From Chiloscyllium plagiosum (lineage: Eukaryota): a stretch of DNA of 64,000 bases. Shown here one piece after another: positions 25,059 through 36,602 of the stretch (positions are counted from its first letter, which is position 1; the number at the start of each line of letters is the position of its first letter). A program made the translations under genes and the position numbers. The notes under the pieces are model-generated. The model did no database searches. It saw only the letters and a program-made list of their open reading frames with translations, and was not told the DNA's origin. The DNA lies in contig NC_057719.1 in NCBI RefSeq assembly GCF_004010195.1, positions 29,756,419 to 29,820,418 on the forward strand, read 5' to 3'.

Positions 25059-25502
25059 GTCATAGAGATGTACAGCACAGAAACAGACCCTTCGGTCCAA
25101 CTCATCCATGCCGACCAGATATCCCAATCCAATCTAGTCCCACATGCCAGTACCTGGCCCACATCCCTCCAAACCCTTCCTATTCACCCTTCCGGATGCC
25201 TTTTAAATGTTGCAATTGTACTAGTCTCCACCGCTTCATCTGGCAGCTCATTCCATACACGTGAAAAGGTTGTCCCTTGGTCTCTTTTGTACCTTTCCCC
25301 TCTCACCCTAAACCTATGCCCTCTAGCTCTAGACTCCCCCACCCCAGGGAAAAGACTTTGTCTATTTATCCTATCCATGGCCCTCATAATTTTATAAACC
25401 TCTATACGGTCACCCCTCAGCCTCTCCCTATAGCTCAAATCCTCCAACCCTGGCAACATCCTTCTAAATCTTTTATGAACCCTTTCAGGTTTCACAACAT
25501 CT
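25059..25502 (-). mobile_element. CR1 3' fragment
   Basis: RLRGDRIEVYKIM...SRARGHRFRV; tail GTCATAGAGATGTACAGCAC. Confidence 0.9.
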
Positions 25503-25789
25503 TTTCATTAGAAAGAATCAAGCAAGTGACACCGTCTAGTTAACCAGTATCACAAACTTGTATCACAGCCCAAATAGACTGCAAACCATTGATTTTATTA
25601 AGTATCAATTCTTTTGTACATTTTTGATAAACTTAAATTCTCTTGTAAAAACATATTTTACCTGGAAAGAGGCTTATAACCAAGTGCACCTTTAGACAGG
25701 CTGTCTAAATGGAGTCTATTGACTGTAACTGACTTAAGATATACAATTAAAGTTAAGTGAATGTTAAGGTCTTACACAAGAGCTGAGGA

Positions 25790-28298
25790 ACAGTCAGACG
25801 TTTCTGCGGCCAGCAGCAAAAAATCAGAATGGTGTGTTGCTTCCCAGGTGCCCAGGTCAAGGATGTCTCAGAGAGGGTGCAGAATGTTCTTAAGGGGGGA
25901 GAGGGACCAGCAGGAGGTCATTGTAAACATTGGAACCAATGACATAAGAAGGGAAAAGGATGAGATTCTGAAGGGAGAATATACAGAGTTAGGTAGGAAT
26001 TTAGAAAGGAGATCCAGTGCTGTGAGGGTAGGAATAGAAAAATAGAGCAGATGAATGCAAGGCTGAGGTGCTGGTGTATGGGAGAAGGATTCACATTTTT
26101 GTATCATTGGAATCTCTTCTGGGGTCAAAGTAACCTGTACAAGGACGGATTGCACCTGAATTGGAAGGGGACTAATGAACTGGCAGGGAGATTTGCTAGA
26201 GCTGCCTGGTGAATTTAAACTAGTAAGGGCTGTAGGGGACCCAGGGAGATAGTGAGAAAAGAGATCAATCGGAGACTGGTGCAATTGAGAACAGAAGCAA
26301 GTCAAACAGTCAGGGCAGGCAGGGACAAAGCAGAGAACAAGGTAGGACTGATAAATTGTTGCATTTATTTCAATGCAAGAGGCCTAACAGGTAAGGCAGA
26401 TGAACTCAGGGCATGGTTAGGAACACAGGACTGGGATATCATAGCAGTTACAGAAACGTGGCTCAGGGATGGACAGGACTGGCAGTTTAACATTCCAGGA
26501 TATAAATGCTACAGGAAGGACAGAAAGGAAGGCAAGAAAGAAAGGAAGAGTTGTGTTTGTGATAAGGGAGAGCATTACAGTTGTACTGAGGGAGCATATT
26601 CCTGGAAATCATCCAGGGAAGTTATTTGGGTGGAACTGAGAAATAAGAAAGGGATGATCACCTTATGGGATTGTATTATAAACCCCCTAATAGTCAGAGG
26701 GAAATTGAGAAACAGATTCGTAAGGAGGTCGCAGTTATCTGTAAAAATAATAGGGTGGTTATGGTAGCAGATTTTAACTTTCCAAACATAGACTGGGACT
26801 GCCATGTGTTAAGGGTTTAGATGGAGAGGAATTTGTTAAGCGTGTACAAGAAAAATTTCTGATTCAAAATATGGATGTACTGACTAAAGGAGGTACAAAA
26901 CCGGACCTCCCTCTTGGAAAATAAGGCAGGGCAGGTGACTGAGGTGTCAGTGGGAGAGCACTTTGGGGTCAGCGACCATAATTCTACTAGTTTTAAAATA
27001 GTGATGGAAAAGGATAGACTGGATCTAAAAGTTGAAGTTCTAAATTGGAGGAATGCTTATTTTGACGGTATTAGGCAAGAACTTTCAAAAGCTGACTGTG
27101 GGCAGATGTTCGCAGGTAAAGGGACGGCTAGAAAATGGGAAACCTTCAGAAATGAGATAACCAGAGTCCAGATACAGTATATTCCTGTTAGGGTGAAAGG
27201 AAAGGCTAGTAGGTGTAGGGAATGCTGGATGAAGGGCTTTTGCCCGGAACGTCGACTTTCCTGCTCCTCGGAGGCTGCCTGACCGGCTGTGTTTTTCCAG
27301 CACCACTCTAATCTAGAGTCTGATTTCCAGCATCTGCAGTCCTCACTTTTGTCTAAAGAAAGTGAAGGTTTGGTTAAGAAAAATAAGGAAGCATATGTCA
27401 GGTATAGACAATATAGATCGAATCAATTGTTAGAAGAGTACAAAGGCAGGAGGAGTATACGCAAGTGGGAAAACAGGAGGATAAAAAGGGGACATGAGAT
27501 AGCTTTGGCAAATAGAGTTAAGGAAAATCTAAAGGGCTTTTACAATAACATTAAGGACAAAAGGGTAACTAGGGAGAGAATAGGACTTCTCAAAAAATCA
27601 GACAGCCTTAGTATGAGGCCGCAGGATATAGGGGAGATACTAAACAAATATTTTGCATCAGTGTTTACTGTGGAAAAGGACATGGAAGATATAGAATGTA
27701 GGGAAATAAATGGTGAAATCTTGAAAAATGTTCATATTACAGAGGAGAAAGTCCACTTTTGGATTAGGCCACTTTTGGAATATTGCGTGCAATTCTGATC
27801 TTCCTGTCGGAAGGACGTTGTGAAACTTGGAAGGGTTCAGAAAAGATTTACAAGGATGTTACCAAGATTAGGTTGAATAGGTTGGGGCTGTTTTCCCTGG
27901 AGCGTAGGAGGCTGAGGGCCAAGACCTTATAGAGGTTTATAAAATCATGAGGGGCATGGATAGGATAAACAGGAAAAGTCTGTTCCCTGGGTTGGGGGAG
28001 TTCAGAACTAGAGGGCATAGGTTTAAGGTGAGAGGGAAAATATATAAAAGAGACCCAAGGGTCAACTTTTTCACACAGAGGGTGGTATGTGTATGGAATG
28101 AGCTGCCAGAGGAAGTGGTGGAGGCTAGTACAATTGCAACATTTAAAAGGCATCTGGATGGCTATATGAATAGGAATGGTTTGAAGGGATATAGGTCAGG
28201 TGCTGGCAGGTGGGACTAGATTCGGCTGGAATATCTGGTCGGCATGGACGAGTTGGACTGAAGATTCTGTTTCTGTGCTGCACATTTCTATGGCTCTA
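25790..28298 (+). mobile_element. CR1 LINE (ORF1 esterase, APE, 3' end) with the RT core deleted near 27755
   Basis: VNIGTND, YFNARGL, ETWL, SDHN; jumps from HITEEKV to RPLLEYCVQF. Confidence 0.9.
27229..27352 (+). mobile_element. Short hammerhead-headed element (family A) inserted in CR1
   Basis: GATGA-AGGGCTTTTGCCC-GGAACGTC...CATCTGCAGTCCTCACTTTTG interrupts CR1 TGCTGGATGA|CTAAAGAA; joined by microhomology, no clear TSD. Confidence 0.8.
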
Positions 28299-28540
28299 AG
28301 TAACTAAAAACAATTCACTGAAATGACATCAAAAACTATTAATAATACTGGAAATACAGATTCTCAGAATTATCTTGCAGAAAGAGGTTATTCAGCTCAT
28401 TGTTCTTGCGTTGCCTCTTCCAACACACCTAGTGCCAATCCCCTGCTTTTCTCCTTGCAGACTATTTCTATCCAAATAATCAGAATAAAGGTGACACCCT
28501 AGGTCAGACATTCCATTTTCTGATCAACATTACGTATTAC

Positions 28541-29150
28541 AGGAAAACCGATGTTTCGGGCAAAAACCCTTCATCAGGAATGGAGGCAGGGAGCCTCCAG
28601 GGTGGAGAGATAAATGGGGGGGTGGGGCTGGGGAGAAGGTAGCAAAGAGTACAAGAGGTGAAGGGGGGTGGGGATGGAGGTAATAGGTCAGAGAGGAGGA
28701 TGGAGTGGATAGGTGGGAAGGGAGATTGGCAGGTAGGACAGGTCATGAAGACAGTGCTGGGCTGGAAGTTTGGAACTGGGGTAAGGTGGGGGGAGGGGAA
28801 ATGAGGAAACTGGTGACATCCACATTGATGCCCTGGGGTTGAAGTGTTCCGAGGCGGAAGATGAGGNNNNNNNNNNNNNNNNCTACCTTCCCTCACCCTC
28901 CTCTCTGACCTATCACCTCCATCCCCACCTCCATTCACCTACTGTACTCTTTGATACCTTCTCTCTCCCTCTTCCCCCCCACCTCCATTTATCTTTCCAC
29001 CCTGAAGGCTCCCTGCCTCCATTCCTGATCAAGAGCTTTTGCCAGAAACATCAATCCTGCTCCTCGGATACTGCCTGACCTGCTGTGCTTTTCCAGCACC
29101 ACTCTAATCTAAACTCTGGTTTCCAGCATCTGCAGTCCTCACTTTTGCCT
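28541..29150. mobile_element. Inverted (fold-back) Penelope-like insertion, family A, with a hammerhead motif in each arm; assembly gap at centre
   Basis: Minus arm 28541-28866, Ns at 28867-28882, plus arm 28883-29150; TSD ATTACGTATTAC (28529-28540) / ATTACATATTAC (29151-29162). Confidence 0.85.
28545..28581 (-). ncRNA. Minimal hammerhead motif, core boxes intact, stem III altered (ACAU)
   Basis: Minus strand TTC-CTGATGA-A-GGGTTTTTGCCC-GAAA-CATC-GG. Confidence 0.65.
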
Positions 29151-30032
29151 ATTACATATTACCAGTAAATATTACATACAAACATTACAGTGCAGTACAG
29201 GCCCTTCAGCCCTCAATGTTGCGCCGACCTGTCATACCAATCTGAAGCCCAACTAACCTACACTATTCCATGTACATCCATATGCTTGTCCAATTACAGT
29301 TCAGCTTTCTTCAGAAATTGGAGAGTTTGGCATTCACTAACATTGAATACAGTGTCCTGTATCATAGGGCATAGATTGTGGCTTGCTAAAAGTGCAAGGT
29401 TCAAAATGTTCAAACCTGTAAACAAAGTTGACTAATTAAGGAGATGTTTTGTGTCTCAGAGCTGGTAGGTGGCCAACAGTGTGTGCCTGTCTGTTTGTAT
29501 GTATGCACCTGTGTGAGTGTGATTGAGAGAGAGATTGTTATGATCATTGGTATTTCATCAGTTGTTGGTCTTCCATCATGTGAGGAGACAACAGGTATCT
29601 CTATACTCTTTGGAATTGAGAACACTCTGCAAAGACTATGGCTCCCAGCCCGGAATGAAGAGTTATCAGTCTCCCCATTGGTTGGTAGCTCTTTGAGGTG
29701 CATTATTGCTCCAATGCCAGATTCATGTAAAATCCACCCGAGACTCCCAGAACCGGCCAAGGATGTAATTGGCCTCAACTCAGATTGGCTAATAAACAGG
29801 GCCTCTCCTTCCCATAAAAACACCAGCTGGTAATTTTGGAATGTTTGTAGTTATATAGTTTTCAAATCTGGACAGCCCAATGAATGTCACCATTTCTTTA
29901 TAAACCATGACAAATACATTAAAATAATGAATAAAGTCAAATTCTTCAGGAGAAAATGGATAAGTTTCAATTAACCATTATTTATTAGTTCCAGATCAAT
30001 GATTTAACAATAATACAAAGGGTTATACTTAC

Positions 30033-30089
30033 TAATTCTTTGAAAATTTCTTCTGTTTCGTCCTGTATTTGGATCATCTCCGAATTCAT
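30033..30089 (-). CDS. LRRC9: LRRC9 first coding exon (CDS part): MNSEMIQIQDETEEIFKEL; exon extends to acceptor at 30115
   Basis: ttttttttgtag acceptor, ATG at 30089, TTA|gtaagt phase-0 donor; EEIFKEL|CMCNGL matches remembered mammalian EEIIKEL|CLCNGL; start could be the second Met. Confidence 0.88.
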
Positions 30090-30298
30090 TTGGTAACTTA
30101 CATGCAAATTAACCACTACAAAAAAAAGCAGCATGGCAAAAATAAAACAATTTTTGCTTAAGATATTGTAGCAGTTGAATATTATTTAAATAAAGTAAAA
30201 ATCCTTACAAATTAGCTCAGATTCTCAAAGTTTATGTGAAGATTTGTAGCTCGGGTGCTCGTTGTTGTAGTTGTGTTCGCCGAGCTGGGAATTTGTGT

Positions 30299-30340
30299 TG
30301 TAGACGTTTTGTCCCCTGTCTAGGTAACATTCTCAGTGCT
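30299..30340 (-). ncRNA. Inactivated hammerhead motif in the left arm
   Basis: Minus strand GCA-CTGAGAA-TGTTACCTAGACAGGGGAC-AAAA-CGTC-TAC; both conserved boxes mutated. Confidence 0.6.
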
Positions 30341-31344
30341 TGGGAGCCTCCTGTGAAGCGCTTCTGTGATCTTTCCTCCGGCATTTATAGTGGTTTGAAT
30401 CTGCCGCTTCCGGTTGTCAGTTCCAGCTGTCCACTGCAGTGGCCGGTATATTGGGTCCAGGTCGATGTGCTTGTTGATTGAATCAGTGGATGAGTGCCAT
30501 GCCTCTAGGAATTCCCTGGCTGTTCTCTGTTTGGCTTGTCCTATAATAGTAGTGTTGTCCCAGTCAAACTCATGTTGCTTGTCATCTGCGTGTGTGGCTA
30601 CTAAGGATAGCTGGTCATGTCGTTCCTTGGCTAGTTGGTGTTCATGGATGCGGACCGTTAGCTGTCTTCCTGTTTGTCCTAAGGAGTGTTTTGTGCAGTC
30701 CTTGCATGGGATTTTGTATACTACGTTGGTTTTGCTCATGCTGGGTATCGGGTCCTTTGTCCTGGTGATTTGTTGTCTGAGAGTGGCTGTTGGTTTGTGT
30801 GCTGTTATGAGTCCTAGTGGTCGTAGTAGTCTGGCTGTCAGTTCAGAAATGTTCTTGATGTATGGTAAAGTGGCTAGTCCTTTGGTTGTGGCATGTCCTC
30901 ATTCCGTTGTCTTTCCCTGAGGCCACAACCCGATACCCAGCATGAGCAAAACCAACGTAGTATACAAAATCCCATGCAAGGACTGCACAAAATACTACAT
31001 AGGACAAACAGGAAGACAGCTAACGGTCCGCATCCATGAACACCAACTAGCCACGGAACGACACGACCAGCTATCCTTAGTAACCACACATGCATGAGTT
31101 TGACTGGGACATGAGTTTGACTGGGACAACACTACTATTATAGGACAAGCCAAACAGAGAACAGCCAGGGAATTCCTAGAGGCATGGCACTCATCCACTG
31201 ATTCAATCAACAAGCACATCGACCTGGACCCAATATACCGGCCACTGCAGCGGACAGCTGGAACTGACAACCGGAAGCGGCAGATTCAAACCACTATAAA
31301 TGCCGGAAGAAAGATCACAGAAGCGCTTCACAGGAGGCTCCCAA

Positions 31345-31384
31345 GCACTGAGGATGTCACCTAGACAGGGGACGAAACGTCTGC
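31345..31384 (+). ncRNA. Minimal type I hammerhead ribozyme (family C), apparently intact
   Basis: Stem I GCA/TGC, CTGAGGA 31348-31354, stem II GTCACCT/AGGGGAC (one mismatch), GAAA 31374-31377, palindromic ACGT stem III, GUC cleavage after 31381. Confidence 0.85.
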
Positions 31385-34300
31385 AACACAAATTCCCAGC
31401 TCGGCGAACACAACCACAACAGCTCTGATTCTTTTGTTGCACACATGGAAGAAATACATGTGCTTAAAATCAAGGCTGGTTACTGTTCATTGGAGATTTG
31501 AAGAGAGGGAGTCAATAGGATAGTTGATAATCATACGTAACAATATCAATCCACAGCTAGTGAATATTCAAACTATGTAGCAGAGAAAACTCTTCCCCAC
31601 ACAGCTTGATTCTAGTCCCCACTGACCACACCCAAAGTAAATGCTTGGGTTAATCTCTAAACCACTCAATCTCCCTCTGTTAAGGGATCAAAATATAAAT
31701 TTGATGAAATACAGTGGATTATTTCCCATCACCATCTGAAGGGAAATCTGTTCCTGTGGAAATCAAGAGGAGCCCACTGCAAGTTGCACCCTCTTCATTG
31801 TTTCATTTTATCCTTCCATGGGATATGTGCATAACTGGTAGACATTCATTGTCCATTCATGATTGCTTTCAAGGTAGCAGCGATGTGCTGCCTTTTGAAC
31901 CACTGTTGTACATTTGGTGTAGGAACAGTCACAGAATACAGGAAGGGAGATTTGTGATTTTCATTCAAACTTTCTCTGTCTTTGCTCTTATCCTTCTCCA
32001 TCACTTCTCTCCCTCTCTGCTGGTCTTCAATCTCTACTCCACCAGCCATCCTTCAACTATCCTTCTCCCTTCTTGTATTCAATTTGCCCTTCTATTCTTG
32101 TACTATCTTCTCCTGTTCTTTCCTGTCCCCTTCCTATCCTCATCCCTTTCTTCCATCTGCTTCTTTTACATTCTCTTCTCTGTTGTTTACTCAAAGAAGT
32201 TCTGTAAAATTTATCAGACAGTCCTTCCTTTAAAAATCTATACTTGCTCTCTGTAATTACTCGTGTCTTTTTCTGCAGTATTGATTTTGTCCAACATTAA
32301 GCCATAGAAGCTTACCCATGATCAAAGTTAGGCTGGCTGGTTCATAGCTACCTGATGTCTCCCTTTCTGAACCAACTGTTATATTGGCAACCCTCCAACC
32401 TTCTGTCACAACTTTCATATTCAAGAATATTTATGGTCAGAGATTTATTTGCTTTCTCATTTCTCTAATCGTTCTGGGACATGAGCCAAGGGAGTTGATA
32501 CCTTTTCCACTTTCAGCTTTGTCAATTTAAATCACCTTCACTTCCAGTACCCATAATTTCTTCTGCAAAAAAAAAAGAAGTCTCATTTATTATCTCTGAA
32601 AGGTTTTCATCATCCAGAGGATTTCATGTTTCATCTTTCATTGGTTCTTTTCTTCCTTGAACAGTCATTTTAGTGTTACAAATGGGTAACTACAAGTAAA
32701 AGTAATTACAAGTTCTCTGTTCTATTTATCAGATTTTGCTCATACTGTCTCTTAGCTTTCTAGTACTTTTTGGTTTTCTTTTTTTATATAGTTGGCTTGA
32801 TTTTATTTTATATTATTAGCTTCTCAAATACTTCTAAACCAGCAGCAGCTAGGAACTTTCCTGAAAAATACAAACAGTAGAAAAATATATCTTTCATAAA
32901 TTCAGGGAAAATAATCAAAAATATAGTTGCAGGTGTTTAACAGTCACCATGAAAACTGACCTCTTCTGGCTGTAATTTATTATTCATGTGACTCTTCATT
33001 TTCAATGCTAGAAATAATATTTAAGGTAGTTGGAAGTATTTACTTTAAGAAAGCAATCTGTTAGAAGGTTGACTTAGAAAAAGTTGTAAAAGAAACTATG
33101 GGAAAATCTGGTTTTTCCAAAGTCAGGACAAGGCAGCAGGAGTACTCCTAGGAGGAGGACTGCCAGATTGGAAACAGGAATAAATCAATATGAATTCTGA
33201 AGGGCTGTGGCATCCCTGAAGAACAGAATTTACATTTGAGATTTTAAGAAAAGGGAAATCTTGGGTGGGATTAAAGTAAAACTGGATTCAGCCTACACAG
33301 CTATAAAACACTATATTAAGTTAAAACTGCTTACTTTAAAATTTTAACATATGCAATAAAACTTGTTATTATTTAAGAACATGAAAGCTAGTGGTATGGT
33401 TCTCTCAGTTAATTAATGGGCATTCAAAATTTCTCTTTGAACATTAACGATTCCTACCAGGATCCTCACAAGTATTTCTTATAAATTAAAGGTCAAGGCA
33501 AATTTCAAGTTAATAACATAAAAGAAGCTAAGCCAGGTTTCTTCCATTCTCTCCCATCAGTTTCTAATTTAGAACCAGTATACAAACAAATGCTTGGCAT
33601 TAACTCTACCATATGCATCACATAATACTGATCTATAGTTTTACAGTCCTAAAACACACAATGCAAAGTCTATATGTTTTGATTTCCAGGAGAGTTCTAA
33701 GTTGGGACTTTACATTTAAATCTAGGGCAAATGAGAATAAATGTGCTCTCTGTTAGAATTTGCTTGGCTGTAAAAGCTGGGTGTTAATGAGGATCAATAG
33801 AAAGACAAACTGCATTATTGAGAGAAAGGTGACTGATACTTTGAAGACAATCACAGCTGTTGCTATGTTCGCAGTTAAAAAATGCAAAGTCTCTTAAAAG
33901 CTTTCATATGTTATTTACCAAGGTTCCAAGTAGTTGTGCTAAAATGTGCTCCTTTGTTTTTCAGATAGAAGGCTGTTGTGGGTAGATATAGCTAAATCAA
34001 CATTTCTTCTTGCAAACAGGGCTAAAGTATTTTCTGTTGGCATGAAGGGGGAAAGGAAATATTTTTGGAATTAAATTAAAAATATTATAGAAACCCAAGA
34101 ATATTACAGAAGCTTGGTCTTGTAGAGTTTGCAGCTCAGAGAATTCAGGAAGCTCAAAATTAAATGGTAGCCAGGTCTGTAAGTTAAGCAGAGAAAAAAA
34201 GATATCTGTTTATTATGTAAGTGAAAACATACCCAATTCAGTGGCTGAATTCATGGGAGGGGAGGGGGTTGGGTTAAGAGACTGTAAGATTTGCTTAGTT

Positions 34301-36602
34301 TAAAGCTACAGAAAGATCTGTAGCAATTCTCAGCCAAAAGCAGTTAGCTAAGGAGCAAATTGGGAGAAACTGGTGTGTCTGTCTAAAGCTAGAATAATGA
34401 GCATAGGGACCATTAGAAACTAAGAGTGTTCCTGATCTCCCACACTTGAGCGGAGAAGTCAACAGCTTTGAAAGAAAGTTGAAGGATAGCTTAGCCAAAT
34501 GCCAATGGAAGAATTCCCATGAACTGTCGTACTTTGGAGAATGGCTGCAACACAGGAGAACTCAATGTACCATACTTGATTTGATGCAAGAAGGAAGTAA
34601 ATAAACTCTCAAAATCGTATGATGTATCAGAAAACTTTTGCCTGGAATCAAGTTGTAAAAGGGAATTTGATTCTTACTCTAAGTAATGACAAACTATGGT
34701 GGTAAATTAATAGAGATTACTTTACTTGTTATATATAAAATGTCTTTTTGTCTATAATGTGAAGTATTGTACCATACTTCATCACTGGGTATTCGAATTT
34801 CTCCTTAAAACATTAATAATCTCTAGGGAGATTGTAACAACAACTTAAAAGTATCATTACTTTACTCCTTTGCTATTTTGGCGTAATTTATATTGTGGAG
34901 TTTTAATTAATTTCTCACCAGAAGCAGGAGAGTTGTGGTTCTCGGTAAAGAAAATCAGCATATTACAAAGGTTGCTTGATCTGTAGATATTTGAGCAATT
35001 AGATGTGGAAACAAAGATACCATTAAAACAAATGACGTATCAGCAGTGACAAGGCAGTTTTCAGAAGACCTCATGTTACGTACATGCAATCTTAATTTGA
35101 CACCTGAGCACATGACAACCATCTGAAACATCTTTCTAGAGAAAATTTCACAAATTTTAATTTGCACAGGCTGCAAACATGACTCCAACTTGTTCCATGC
35201 TACATAGAGAAATGGCTTCTGCCTATCAATTCAAACAAATTCATACAAAATCACTAGCTCACTCAAACTGCTGTCAACCAACTCTTCAAACCCAGTGCTT
35301 TTGGATCTTGTGAACCATTTCTTTTCCTCAGTTACTACCTTTGCTAACTTCATCCTTAAAAAGCCCACTCTCTCCATCTCTACATGACCACATTCCTAAA
35401 ATCCCCTACCTCTCAGCTCCTGAAACAATACTTCCCATATGAAACTAATCTTTTCCCCATTTAAGATATCTCAACGTCAAAACTAGCAATATGACTATAA
35501 TTACAGTTCAATATCAATCTTCTAGGGGATACTAATACGATATTCATGTCCTCCAGCACCAACACTTAGGAGCAGCTGTAAACCATCTGCAAGACAGTGA
35601 AGAAATTCACCAAAGATCCTGATACCAAAGGCAAGGGTAGCAGGACAGCAGTGAGGACATTCTCCTGGCAATCAGAGGTAGTGGCAATGAGTGTGTTCTC
35701 TCCTAGTTGGGGCTTTTGGCAGTGGGTGTTATCTCCTGGCGCTCGGGGCTAACAGCAGCAGCAGTGAGGTTATCCTCTCAGCGATTGGGGGGCAGTGGTA
35801 GCCACGTTCTCCCAGTGTCAGAGCTAGTTCCAGCAACAGAGAGGTTGTTCTCCTGGTGTTTAGGGTCAGCAGCAGAAAAGCTCCTCCAGCAAGTGGGGAT
35901 GGCGGCAGAGATTGCAGCGCTGGCAAGGAGACATCTGCAAGCAAAGCAGGACATATGGCCCAGTGATGGCCTGGCCTAGCAGAGAACCAGAGACTCTTGG
36001 TTGCGGGGAAAGTGTGGTTTCAGCAGCATCAGTGAATTGGGCCCAACGGTGAAGAGATGATGCCTAAAGTGGGGCAATTCCTATGTTCTTTACTTTTCTG
36101 ATTTGTTTTTGTTTCCTAAGAATTTGAACTTGAGTATCTGTACCTAGGTACCTTTCCACCCGAGATGGCATTGTAATGCAGCAACTATAAATTCTTCATT
36201 GTACTGATTTGAGTACATGACAATAAAGCTAATTCAAAATGGAAGAACCACAATCTGCAAGCTCTCCTCCAAACCATTCAACATCCTGACTTGGAAATAT
36301 ATAATTGTTTCTTCACATATTGCTGGGTCAAAATCCTAGAATACCCTCTCTAACAGAATTATGGGTCAATCAATTGCAATGGGTGAAAGAAGGCAGTCCA
36401 CCCCCACTTTCTCAAGGGCAACGAGAGACAAGCAGTAAATGCGGGCCCAGTCAGCAACATCCACATGCCAAGAGTAAATTTTTAAAAACTGGCTCATCCC
36501 TTTCATGATTCCAATCCTTACAGAAATGTGGGGATATTTTCATTGTACTCAAAAGTTTTATTTTTAGTCTCCTCCACTTGCTTAAAAAAAATCTCAGTTA
36601 CA

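Larger units (their letters stand above)
30263..31421. mobile_element. Penelope-like element (GIY-YIG endonuclease end + pLTR, family C) as a long inverted repeat
   Basis: Arms 30263-30753 (minus) and about 30928-31421 (plus) are reverse complements; KTNVVYKIPCKDCTKYYIGQTGRQLTVRIHEH is a GIY-YIG motif; mirrored ORFs in the ORF track. Confidence 0.93.

Noticed and set aside
29410..29833. Overlapping 129-137 aa ORFs on both strands
   Set aside because: No recognisable domain; looks like an old LTR-like repeat that I cannot delimit
31714..32256. 180 aa ORF
   Set aside because: Low-complexity pyrimidine-rich sequence plus an antisense LINE tail; no motifs or splice support
32930..34840. Two weakly similar LTR-like stretches ending near 33470 and 34838
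   Set aside because: Probably old solo LTRs, but termini and TSDs could not be established
35707..35979. GC-richer ORF of 90 aa
   Set aside because: No homology recognised and no exon boundaries; likely a decayed repeat
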